A stretch of DNA of 64,000 nt from Thermodesulfobacteriota bacterium (lineage in GTDB: Bacteria > Desulfobacterota_D > UBA1144 > Nemesobacterales > Mycalebacteriaceae): positions 96,001-160,000 of the forward strand of contig OZ245366.1 of the NCBI GenBank assembly GCA_965226585.1, read 5' to 3'. The notes below the pieces were generated by a model. The model was not told where the DNA came from and searched no databases. It saw only the letters and a program-made list of their open reading frames with translations. Positions 47,120-55,550 of this stretch are shown in pieces (the stretch's first letter is position 1; every line of letters starts with the position of its first letter). Position numbers and translations under genes: made by a program.

Positions 47120-48766
47120 ATGCAAAACGAAAAATTCACTTCCAATTACATAATTTTTGCGGTTCTGGCTCTCGGAATCATATTCGGATACTCAAAACTG
47201 TTTCCGGCGGCAACGGGGCGCGCACCCGCAGAAACACCCGCCGTTCAGAAAAGCGCGGCGGCAACGCCTGCTGAGCAGACGGCGGTAGAGTCGGTTTCTG
47301 CGGAAAACCTGTGGGCTGAAAGCGGAAACGGGAGCGAGGGAAGCGTCATAGAGATAGAGACTCCGCTTTACACGGCGCGTGTGAACACGCAGGGCGGAAC
47401 GATTGAAAGCTGGGTGCTGAAAAACTATCTGGAGGATCCGGAAAACGGCTCGGGGCCTCTCAAACTTGTTGGCGGCGAAACAACCGCGCCGGAAGCGGTT
47501 CTGTCGTTTGAGGGGACAAACATCCCGTCAAAGATACCGTTCAGATACAAGGGCGAAACCGCCGTCAAGGTGGACGGGCTTTCAAGGGAAATAGCGCTTG
47601 TCTATGAAAAAGGCGGCATGAAGATAGTCAAAACACTATCCTTCTCGCCGGACACCTACCTGATTGGGGGCAGATACGACATACGCAACCGGTCTTCGGC
47701 AACTGTTGAATACGCGGCGCACTTTCTCCAGAACGGAAAAGTTGAGGAGGAAAGATACGGGCCCTCGGACGCCCTTATAGCCTCGGTTGGCGGTGAGGTT
47801 AAACGGTTCAACGGCACGGACGACATAGGCAAACCGCTTTCGGGAAAGGTGGAATGGCTGGGATTTTCAAAAAAATACTTCATTCTGGCTTCCCTTCCGG
47901 AATCCGGACGCAATACCGGAGTCAGCGCGTCTGCCGTGGGCGACACGGTCAAAACCCGCTTTTCCTACGGGCGTTTCTCCATCCCGCCGGGGTCGGAAGC
48001 GGTTCGCCAGTGGAAATCGTATCTGGGCCCCAAGCGCGAGAAACTGCTCGCCGCCGCGGGCTACGGGTTTGAAAACGCGATTGACTACGGATGGTTCGGC
48101 ACTCTTTCCAGAATCGCCGTCAGAATACTCAACTACACAAACGGGTTCTTCAACAACTACGGTGTTTCTATCATCGTGATAACGTTCGCGTTCCGCCTGC
48201 TCTTCCTTCCCATGTCCGTCAAGGGAATGAGATCTATGAAGAAGATGCAGAAAAAAATGGAGACGATTAAGCCGAAACTGGACGCGCTTAAAGAGAAATT
48301 CAAAGACGACAAAAAACGCCAAAACGAAGAGATGATGAAACTGTATTCAAGCCACGGGATAAACCCGCTCAGCAGTCTGGGCGGATGCCTTCCGATGCTT
48401 GCTCAGGTGCCGGTTTTCATCGCGCTCTACTACGGTCTGCTTTACTCAATAGACTTGCGGCACAGTTCGTTTCTGTGGATAAGCGACCTGTCCGCCCCGG
48501 AGATGCTGTTCGACATACCGCTCACATCCGTGCCGTTCAGAATTCTCCCTCTCGCCATGGGCATTTCGTGGTGGTTTTCAACAAAACTCACCCCGATAGC
48601 GGCGGCGGGAGACACGGCGGCAATGCAGGCGAAAATAATGCAGTTTATGCCTGTGGTCTTCACTTTCGTGATGTGGGACTTTCCGTCCGGGCTTGTACTC
48701 TACTGGACGGCAAGCAACGTGCTGAGCGTGGCGCAGCAGATATACATAAACAGGAGTACAGCATAG
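47120..48766 (+). CDS. yidC: Membrane protein insertase
   Basis: YLGPK, IDYGWF, GGCLPML.Q.PVF, LWISDLS, PSGLVLYW. Confidence 0.95.
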   Translation: MQNEKFTSNYIIFAVLALGIIFGYSKLFPAATGRAPAETPAVQKSAAATPAEQTAVESVSAENLWAESGNGSEGSVIEIETPLYTARVNTQGGTIESWVLKNYLEDPENGSGPLKLVGGETTAPEAVLSFEGTNIPSKIPFRYKGETAVKVDGLSREIALVYEKGGMKIVKTLSFSPDTYLIGGRYDIRNRSSATVEYAAHFLQNGKVEEERYGPSDALIASVGGEVKRFNGTDDIGKPLSGKVEWLGFSKKYFILASLPESGRNTGVSASAVGDTVKTRFSYGRFSIPPGSEAVRQWKSYLGPKREKLLAAAGYGFENAIDYGWFGTLSRIAVRILNYTNGFFNNYGVSIIVITFAFRLLFLPMSVKGMRSMKKMQKKMETIKPKLDALKEKFKDDKKRQNEEMMKLYSSHGINPLSSLGGCLPMLAQVPVFIALYYGLLYSIDLRHSSFLWISDLSAPEMLFDIPLTSVPFRILPLAMGISWWFSTKLTPIAAAGDTAAMQAKIMQFMPVVFTFVMWDFPSGLVLYWTASNVLSVAQQIYINRSTA

Positions 48767-48800
48767 AATAAGAAATACAAAAGTTTCGGAGGAAAAGATT

Positions 48801-49478
48801 ATGAGACAGATAGAGAAAGAAGCGGCAACGGCGGAAGAGGCGATTGAAGAAGCCCTGCTTGAGCTCGGAGTCGAGAGAAACGAGGTTGGTGTTGAGGTTT
48901 TGCGCGAAGCGTCCCGGGGATTTCTCGGAATCGGCGGCAGGAAGGCAAAGATACGGGTTACGGTTGGAGGGTCCGGTGGCGGCACAGCGGCGGCGGCTTC
49001 CTACGCGCCTGAAAAGATAGCGGGCGAAGCCGGGCAGACAACAGAGCGGATTCTGGAGATAATGGGCATCGGGCACTCAATTAAAGTTTCTGAAACAGAC
49101 GCGGCGATAGAGATTGACCTGAAAGTTGAGGAGTCGCAGGGACTGCTGATAGGAAAATACGGGGAGACGCTGAGAAACCTTGAGTATCTGGTCGCGAGGA
49201 TTGTTTCCGCGAAAACCGGCAAACAGCCCAACCACGGAAAGAGAATCTCCATAGACGTGAACAACTACAAAAGAGAGCGCGAAAAAGAGATTGAGAGAAA
49301 AGCCATTGAGGCGGCAAAAAAGGTTATAGAGTCGGGCAGGCCGTTCACATTCCATAACATGCAGGCGTATGAGAGAAAGGTTGTCTACACGGCTGTAAAG
49401 GATATGAGCGGCGTCCGGTTTGAGACAAAAGAGGACGGCAACTCGAAGAAAATCACCTTCCTGCCGTCCCAGAAATAG
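48801..49478 (+). CDS. jag: Jag/KhpB (EloR) RNA-binding protein
   Basis: Jag_N (EEAIEEAL..GFLGIG), KH (GLLIGKYGETL), degenerate R3H (YERKVVY). Confidence 0.88.
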   Translation: MRQIEKEAATAEEAIEEALLELGVERNEVGVEVLREASRGFLGIGGRKAKIRVTVGGSGGGTAAAASYAPEKIAGEAGQTTERILEIMGIGHSIKVSETDAAIEIDLKVEESQGLLIGKYGETLRNLEYLVARIVSAKTGKQPNHGKRISIDVNNYKREREKEIERKAIEAAKKVIESGRPFTFHNMQAYERKVVYTAVKDMSGVRFETKEDGNSKKITFLPSQK

Positions 49479-49490
49479 GAAATCTCTCCC

Positions 49491-50246
49491 GTGAACAGCG
49501 GGGCGGAAACGTTTATTGATATCCTGTCGTCTTCGGGCGGCGCGGCGGTTCTTACCGGGGCGGGCATAAGCACCGAGTCCGGAATCCCGGATTACAGGTC
49601 TCCCGAAGAGGGGATGTGGGAAAAGATGGATCAGTCTGTCGTGTCTGTTGACGGTTTTATCGCAAATCCCGCCGCCTACTACGAATACGCTCTGGAACTT
49701 CACCCCGTCCGCAGCGCGGCAAAGCCGAACGCCGGGCATTTTTTGTTTGCGGAACTTGAGCGGCGGGGACTCACAAACGGAGTCATCACCCAGAATGTAG
49801 ACGGTCTTCACTCTGCGGCGGGCTCGGAAACAGTCCATGAACTGCACGGCTCAATAAGGGAGACCGTCTGCCTTGAGTGCGGTTTGAAAGAACCGATGGA
49901 CGGGGTTATGGAAAGAGTCGCGGGAGGGGAAACGGAGCCCCGCTGTGAATGCGGAGGCATTATGAAACCAAACGCTGTTTTCTTCGGCGAGCCGCTTCCG
50001 CGCGCGCCATGGAACAATGCCGTAAAAGCCGCGGAGGAGGCGGGAGCCCTGATTGTTGCCGGCTCGTCTCTTGTGGTAGCGCCGGCAAGCACACTGCCGC
50101 GTATCGCTCTGAACGGCGGGGCGAAACTGATAATCCTGAATCTAATGGAAACGCCCTACGATGATGAGGCGGATCTTGTGGTGAGAGAAAAAATCTCCGT
50201 TTTTGCGGAGCGCGCCGCGCAGGTTCTCAAATCACGCGACAACTGA
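49491..50246 (+). CDS. cobB: Sir2-family NAD-dependent deacylase
   Basis: LTGAGISTESGIPDYR, TQNVDGLH, ELHG, CLEC..CEC, GSSLVV.PA. Confidence 0.9.
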   Translation: MNSGAETFIDILSSSGGAAVLTGAGISTESGIPDYRSPEEGMWEKMDQSVVSVDGFIANPAAYYEYALELHPVRSAAKPNAGHFLFAELERRGLTNGVITQNVDGLHSAAGSETVHELHGSIRETVCLECGLKEPMDGVMERVAGGETEPRCECGGIMKPNAVFFGEPLPRAPWNNAVKAAEEAGALIVAGSSLVVAPASTLPRIALNGGAKLIILNLMETPYDDEADLVVREKISVFAERAAQVLKSRDN

Positions 50247-50260
50247 AAAACTGAATACGG

Positions 50261-50290
50261 AAAACCGGCGGACACACAAGCCCGCCGGAA
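50261..50290 (-). terminator. Probable intrinsic terminator between convergent genes
   Basis: Stem CCGGCGG/CCGCCGG followed by TTTT on the minus strand. Confidence 0.55.
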
Positions 50291-50299
50291 GAAAATTCA

Positions 50300-50965
50300 T
50301 TAGAAGTGCATTCCGACGCCCGAGGCGAACTTAACCGCTTCGGAGTTCCAGTCGTAGCCGAGTCCGGTGCTGATAAACCATTTGTCTGAAACCCGGAAGT
50401 TGAAAGTGTTGTCAATCTCCGCTCCGTTTCCAAACTCGTCCGCGAAGTTCCAGGCTCCGAGAACCGTCCATGAAAGACGCCCCTGACTGAGCTCAAAACC
50501 CGTGTTGAGACCCCACTCAAGTTCGGCCTGATTGCGTTTTGTGCGGTTGTTGCCGCTTGCATCCGCAGTGTAGGAAGTTCCGCGTATAAGTCCGACCGAG
50601 GGTCCCCCGAAAAACTTCACGTAATCGTTGAGGTCTTTGTACATAACGAACTTGGCGCTCGTGTCCAAAACCCAGGTCTTGAGGTTCCTGCCTCCCAAAG
50701 TGTATCCGGCCTGCGCATAGCTGGTTTCAGTTATAAGAGCAGAGCGGGAACTTTCGAGCACACGCGCGACCAGTTGAACCCCCTGCATTCTTCTGTTCTC
50801 TCTGGAATATTCCGCGAGTTCATCGCCATATTCCCGCGAGAAATAGTTTACCGTAACGCTGGAGCCGCCGAGCATCTCGTGGATGCCCGCCTCCGCTGCT
50901 GCCGGCGCACTGTAGCCGAAAGCAACTGAAATAATCAGAACCAGCGCGAGAATAAATCTCCTCAT
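50300..50965 (-). CDS. Probable outer-membrane beta-barrel protein
   Basis: SD GGAGG, signal peptide MRRFILALVLIISVAFGYSAPAAA, amphipathic strands, terminal GVGMHF. Confidence 0.65.
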   Translation of the reverse strand: MRRFILALVLIISVAFGYSAPAAAEAGIHEMLGGSSVTVNYFSREYGDELAEYSRENRRMQGVQLVARVLESSRSALITETSYAQAGYTLGGRNLKTWVLDTSAKFVMYKDLNDYVKFFGGPSVGLIRGTSYTADASGNNRTKRNQAELEWGLNTGFELSQGRLSWTVLGAWNFADEFGNGAEIDNTFNFRVSDKWFISTGLGYDWNSEAVKFASGVGMHF

Positions 50966-51103
50966 AATGTGTAATCCTCCCTTGAAGATACTGCCTTTAA
51001 AAACTCCGTTCATTTGGATATACAAGACCGCTCGGAAGCGGCTTTTGATTATACTCAATGGAAAGCCCCTCTAACAAGACCTATTTTAAGCCGCGCCACA
51101 GGG

Positions 51104-51559
51104 TCAACTTTCCCCCTTGGACTCCCTCCTCTGGACAAGTATAACCCATTTTCCCTTCTGGACAACCTCACCCTCCTGATTCAGGACGTCAAGTTCCCAT
51201 ATAAGAAAGCCCATGTTCGGTCTCTTGTGCTCGCGTTTCTCCGCAAGGCGGCGTTTTATCTTTATAGTGTCGCCGAACTTCACGGCTCCGGAAAAACGCC
51301 AGTCCTCAAGCCCCATAAACGCTATTGTCGCAAGGCGGGGCATCGTGAACCAGAGACCCGAAGATATTGAGAGAACACACAAACCGTGAGCAACACGGGT
51401 TTTGAAAACCGTTTTCTTCGCGAACTCTTCATCTATGTGCATGTTGTTGAAATCCGCCGAAAGCCCGGCGAAGTTCGTAACATCGGCTTCGGTAACGGTT
51501 CTGCCCGTGCTTTCGTGCTCTTCGCCAACTTCAATGTCTTCGTAGAAAATCTTTGACAT
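51104..51559 (-). CDS. MaoC-like (R)-hydratase/dehydratase
   Basis: RTVTEADV..FAGLSADFNNMHID (DxxxxH), RVAHG, V.FGDTI. Confidence 0.88.
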   Translation of the reverse strand: MSKIFYEDIEVGEEHESTGRTVTEADVTNFAGLSADFNNMHIDEEFAKKTVFKTRVAHGLCVLSISSGLWFTMPRLATIAFMGLEDWRFSGAVKFGDTIKIKRRLAEKREHKRPNMGFLIWELDVLNQEGEVVQKGKWVILVQRRESKGES

Positions 51560-51571
51560 ATCTGCCTCCCG

Positions 51572-51994
51572 TTATCCGGAAACGGGGCGGAATTTCGGAA
51601 GCGTAACCTCATCGGTAACGTCGTCAAAAACCACCTCAACTTCCATTCCTATCTTCACGTCATTCACGTCGCAGTCCACAACGTTGGACATCATCTTAAC
51701 CCCTTCATCAAGCTCTATAAGGGCGACAACATAAGCGCCGTCTTCCTTGTATGCCTTTGTGGGACCCATGTGGTGTATGGAAAAAGTCCACACCTTTCCC
51801 CTGCCGGGAGACTTCACCCACTCTATGTCTGCGCTCATGTCGTCTCCGGGAGAGAACGCTCTGGGGTAGAAGAAGAACTTCCCGCTCTGTTTTGATCTGG
51901 GAAGCATAAGTTCATGTTTTTTGCATCCGTCCCAGTACGGTTTTGTTTCCGGACGAAACTCCGGAAGCGGTTTTGCGTATTTGTTTTCAGACAT
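51572..51994 (-). CDS. DUF35 OB-fold acyl-CoA-binding protein lacking Zn-ribbon cysteines
   Basis: PYW...EL.L.R, FFYPR, GRGKVWTF, YVVALIELDEG..MMSN, LPKFRP. Confidence 0.88.
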   Translation of the reverse strand: MSENKYAKPLPEFRPETKPYWDGCKKHELMLPRSKQSGKFFFYPRAFSPGDDMSADIEWVKSPGRGKVWTFSIHHMGPTKAYKEDGAYVVALIELDEGVKMMSNVVDCDVNDVKIGMEVEVVFDDVTDEVTLPKFRPVSG

Positions 51995-52027
51995 TTTTCA
52001 GTTTCCTCCTGATAGTTTCTCCGCGCG

Positions 52028-53236
52028 TCAGCTAAGCGGCTGATTTCCCAGCAGTATTGTGCTGTGCGCCGAAACGATTCCGCCGTTTCCGTGAACAAGG
52101 GCGACTTCCGCGCCGTCAACCTGTCTTTTGCCCGCCGTGCCGCGAAGCTGGAGAGTTGCCTCCACAACGTGGTGCATCGCCCCGAGGTGCGCCTGAGACA
52201 GAAGCCCGCCGTGCGTGTTGACCGGAAGGTCTTTGCCTCTTTCCATTCTGCCCTCAAGGGCAAACGGGCCGCCCTCTCCGGGCTTCACAAATCCGAGACC
52301 TTCAAGTTCAAGAAGAACCGTTATCGTAAAGCAGTCGTAGAGGTAGGCGAGGTCAACATCGTCTTTGGTGATTCCGGCGGTGCCGAATGCCTTGTCGCCG
52401 GAGGCTTTGACCGCCCCGTATATCTGCCCGAGGTCGTTAAGCGTGGTGAGGTACTGGTGCGAGTATCCCTGCCCCATTCCCCACATGTACGCGAGTTTGT
52501 TGTCTATGCCGAGCTCTTTCGCCTTGGCTTCGGTGGTAACGATAAAAGCGCATCCGCCGTCCGAGATGATTGAGCAGTCGTATTTTGTAAGCGGCTCTGC
52601 GATAACACGCGACTCAAGCACTTCCTCAATGGTAAGCGGCTCTTTGTTCATCGCGTTTTCTTTGTCTGCGGCGTGTTTTCTCATCGTTGTGGCAACCGCC
52701 GCAAGGTGCTCCCTGCTGTTGCCGTATTCGTGCAAATACCTTTGCGCCGCAAGCGCGTATCCGCCGGGAGTCGTAAGCCCGTAGGGAAACTCAAACTCCG
52801 CGTGGCACATCTCTCTTATAAGGGCGACCATTCCCGAAGATGATATTCCCGAAAGCGTGTTGTCTCCTCTTACGCAGAGAACAACCTCAGCCTGTCCCGA
52901 AGATATCGCCATTGCCGCCTCCGCCGCCATCCACACGGCGGTTGAGCCGCCCACGGCGATGGAAGAGAAAAACTTCGGGTTCATTCCGAAGTAGTCGGCA
53001 AAAGTTGTGCAGTGCATAAAGGTCTGCTCCACAAGCGAAAACGCCGTTACAAGCCCGTCAACATCTGTTTTTTTGATTCCGGCGTCTTCAATCGCAATCT
53101 TTGACGCTTCGGAGAGAAAGTGGAAAGAACTCTTGTCGGGTATCTTTCCCTGATCTGTTTCGCCCACTCCGGCGATGACAATTTTGTGTTTTTTGAGAAG
53201 CTCGCGGGCTTCTTTCATTCCAAGTTCTGCGCTCAT
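52028..53236 (-). CDS. SCP2/Ltp2/Sal-type thiolase-like protein (probable retro-aldolase)
   Basis: IAGVGET, DCSIISDGGCA, LYDCFT, NTHGGLLS..H, QLRG.AG.RQV; no N-terminal nucleophile Cys (GGSTA). Confidence 0.8.
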   Translation of the reverse strand: MSAELGMKEARELLKKHKIVIAGVGETDQGKIPDKSSFHFLSEASKIAIEDAGIKKTDVDGLVTAFSLVEQTFMHCTTFADYFGMNPKFFSSIAVGGSTAVWMAAEAAMAISSGQAEVVLCVRGDNTLSGISSSGMVALIREMCHAEFEFPYGLTTPGGYALAAQRYLHEYGNSREHLAAVATTMRKHAADKENAMNKEPLTIEEVLESRVIAEPLTKYDCSIISDGGCAFIVTTEAKAKELGIDNKLAYMWGMGQGYSHQYLTTLNDLGQIYGAVKASGDKAFGTAGITKDDVDLAYLYDCFTITVLLELEGLGFVKPGEGGPFALEGRMERGKDLPVNTHGGLLSQAHLGAMHHVVEATLQLRGTAGKRQVDGAEVALVHGNGGIVSAHSTILLGNQPLS

Positions 53237-53296
53237 TGAAAATACTCCCCCCTTGTATTGGATGAACAGGGCTTTATACTACGGATGAAGCGGTGA

Positions 53297-53638
53297 ATGT
53301 CAACAACGGAAACCGGGTTTTTTGAATTGGCGGTTTTAAACAAACAGGAAGCCGGCAAACGGCTGAAAAAGCTGAACTCCCTCTCAGACACACTCTGGAA
53401 AGCGGGCGCGAAAAGCATCAGCGCGAACTTCACACTGTCAAATTTTCAGGACGCCCTAGCGTTTGTGGTTTGCGCGGGGATTGAGGCGGAAAAGGCGAAC
53501 CATCACCCGGATATCCTCATGCACGGATGGAAAAAGGTGAAGATAACCCTCTCAACACACAGCGAAGGCGGAATAACGGCAAAAGATTTTTCTCTTGCCG
53601 GCAAAATCTCAAAACTATCGGGGGTAAAAACGCGATGA
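53297..53638 (+). CDS. phhB: Pterin-4-alpha-carbinolamine dehydratase
   Basis: AEKANHHPDI, LSTHSEGGIT.KDF.LA. Confidence 0.88.
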   Translation: MSTTETGFFELAVLNKQEAGKRLKKLNSLSDTLWKAGAKSISANFTLSNFQDALAFVVCAGIEAEKANHHPDILMHGWKKVKITLSTHSEGGITAKDFSLAGKISKLSGVKTR

Positions 53639-54039
53639 AAATTTCTTCAGTCAACTGGCAGTCTGTCACAGTGGCGTCAATCGCCGGGCTTGGTCTCGGA
53701 ACGCTCTGGTATCATCCGTCCGTTTTCGGGTCGGTTTTTATGGATTTCATGGGCGTTGCGGAGCATGAGTACGACACAAGGAAGATAGCGATTGAGTTTG
53801 TCCAGCAGTTTCTCACGTGCCTTGCGATTGCGATTGTAGCGACAAGCGCGGGCATGAAAACGGTGGAAGACGCGTTCAAACTGAGCGTTGTGATAGGGCT
53901 TGGCGTTTGCGGCTCCATTGTGCTTTCCCAGCACACGTGGGCGGAACTGCCGCCCCTGCTGACTGCGGTGGACATAGGACACGACTATGTGAACGCTCTG
54001 GTTTTCTCTCTCTTCGCCTGCCTGTGGCGCAAAGCATAA
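53635..54039 (+). CDS. DUF1761-like membrane protein
   Basis: VNW..V......LG.LWY.P..FG..FM, four TMs, D.GH. Confidence 0.7.
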   Translation: MKISSVNWQSVTVASIAGLGLGTLWYHPSVFGSVFMDFMGVAEHEYDTRKIAIEFVQQFLTCLAIAIVATSAGMKTVEDAFKLSVVIGLGVCGSIVLSQHTWAELPPLLTAVDIGHDYVNALVFSLFACLWRKA

Positions 54040-54078
54040 AACGCCCTTAATTAAGAGCGGGAGCAAAAAAACTCAACA

Positions 54079-55542
54079 ATGGTATTAGCAAGTTTTATTT
54101 TTTTCATGGCGCTTTTTCTCGCGCTTGGCATAATCGCCTCGCGCCGTTCAAGGGGCAGCAGCAAAGACTATATGCTTGCAGGCCGCGAGATTCCGCCGTT
54201 TCTCACCGCGCTTTCCGCCGCATCAACCTGTAACAGCGGTTTCTGGTTCACGGCGATGATAGGTTTTGTCTATCTGCACGGCTTCCACACGGTGTGGGTT
54301 GTCGCGGGTTTCACCGTGGGCGACCTTATGATGTCTCTCCGCGTCTATCCGGGGGTGCGCAGTGTGTCTGAATCGCGGGGGGCAATCACCTTTTCCGAAC
54401 TGCTTGCGCGCTGGACGGGGGAAGAGTTCCGGTACGTGCGTCTGGCGTGCGCTTTTCTGACGCTGTTTTTCCTCTCCGTTTACGCGGGGGCGCAGTTTTT
54501 TGCCGGAGGAAAGGCGTTTTCCGCCCTTTTCCCTTCGCTTGGTGAAGACAGGGCTGTGATTGCGGGCATATTGACGGGCGCGGTTTTGGTTCTGTTCTAC
54601 TGCTACCGGGGCGGGCTTCGCGCCTCCATCTGGACGGACACGGCGCAGGCGATTGTGATGCTGGGCGCGATGGGAATCATAACGGTTTTCACCGTAAAAG
54701 AGGTTGGCGGCATCGTTCCGCTTATTGACGCGATTTCAAACATAGAGCCGCATTTCCGCGAATGGGCTCCGGTTGGGGCGCACAGCAAAGACCAGCACAC
54801 CGCAAGCGGCATCATGGCTCCGCTTGGAAATGTGAGCGGATTCGCGCTGTTTCTTCTCGGCTGGATAGCCGGGGGCGCGGGAGCCGCCGGACAGCCGCAC
54901 TTCATGGTGCGTTTTATGGCGATGCGCTCGGTAAAAGACATGGCAAGGTTCAGAATCTACTACTACTCGTGGTCAACGCTTCTGGGGATTTTCGCGATAG
55001 TGTGCGGTTTTGCGGTGCGTCTGCTTGTAACGGAAATTAACGACACGGAGCGCGCCCTGTCGGTTCTGTCTCTTGAACTGCTTCCGCCCGCCCTTGCCGG
55101 GCTTATGCTTGCGGGCGTGTTTTCCGCCACAATCTCAACGGCGGATTCTCAGGTGCTGAGTTGTTCGGCAACACTTTCACACGACCTGCTTCCCGCAACG
55201 GATGATGAAAAAAAGCGTTCCCGCAGAAACCGTTTCAGCACGGTTGCCATAGTGGTGTTAGCGGTTGTGATAACACTGCTTGCGCGCGGCACAAGCATAT
55301 TCTCTCTGATACTGCTCGCATGGGGCGTTCTGGCGTCTGCGTTTGTTCCCCTGCTTGTGGTCTATGTGTACGGCGGGCGGGTGCCGCAGTGGATGGCGCT
55401 GTGCATGATGGCGGGCGGAATCGCGGCACTGTTTTTCTGGAGAGATTTCCAGTTAAAAGGCAAAGTGTATGAGGTTCTTCCCGGAATTGTCGGCGGTTTC
55501 GCGGTCTATGCGGCGTACAGAATCTGGCGGCGTCTTCTCTAA
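54079..55542 (+). CDS. Sodium:solute symporter (PutP-like)
   Basis: DYMLAGR, ALSAA, GGLRASIWTD.AQ, GQPHFMVRFMA, STADSQ. Confidence 0.88.
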   Translation: MVLASFIFFMALFLALGIIASRRSRGSSKDYMLAGREIPPFLTALSAASTCNSGFWFTAMIGFVYLHGFHTVWVVAGFTVGDLMMSLRVYPGVRSVSESRGAITFSELLARWTGEEFRYVRLACAFLTLFFLSVYAGAQFFAGGKAFSALFPSLGEDRAVIAGILTGAVLVLFYCYRGGLRASIWTDTAQAIVMLGAMGIITVFTVKEVGGIVPLIDAISNIEPHFREWAPVGAHSKDQHTASGIMAPLGNVSGFALFLLGWIAGGAGAAGQPHFMVRFMAMRSVKDMARFRIYYYSWSTLLGIFAIVCGFAVRLLVTEINDTERALSVLSLELLPPALAGLMLAGVFSATISTADSQVLSCSATLSHDLLPATDDEKKRSRRNRFSTVAIVVLAVVITLLARGTSIFSLILLAWGVLASAFVPLLVVYVYGGRVPQWMALCMMAGGIAALFFWRDFQLKGKVYEVLPGIVGGFAVYAAYRIWRRLL

Positions 55543-55550
55543 ACCCTCTC

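Noticed and set aside
49491..50246. Sirtuin as a defence (SIR2/Thoeris-type) effector
   Set aside because: It has the Zn-binding cysteines and full motifs of a housekeeping CobB deacylase, with host-like composition.
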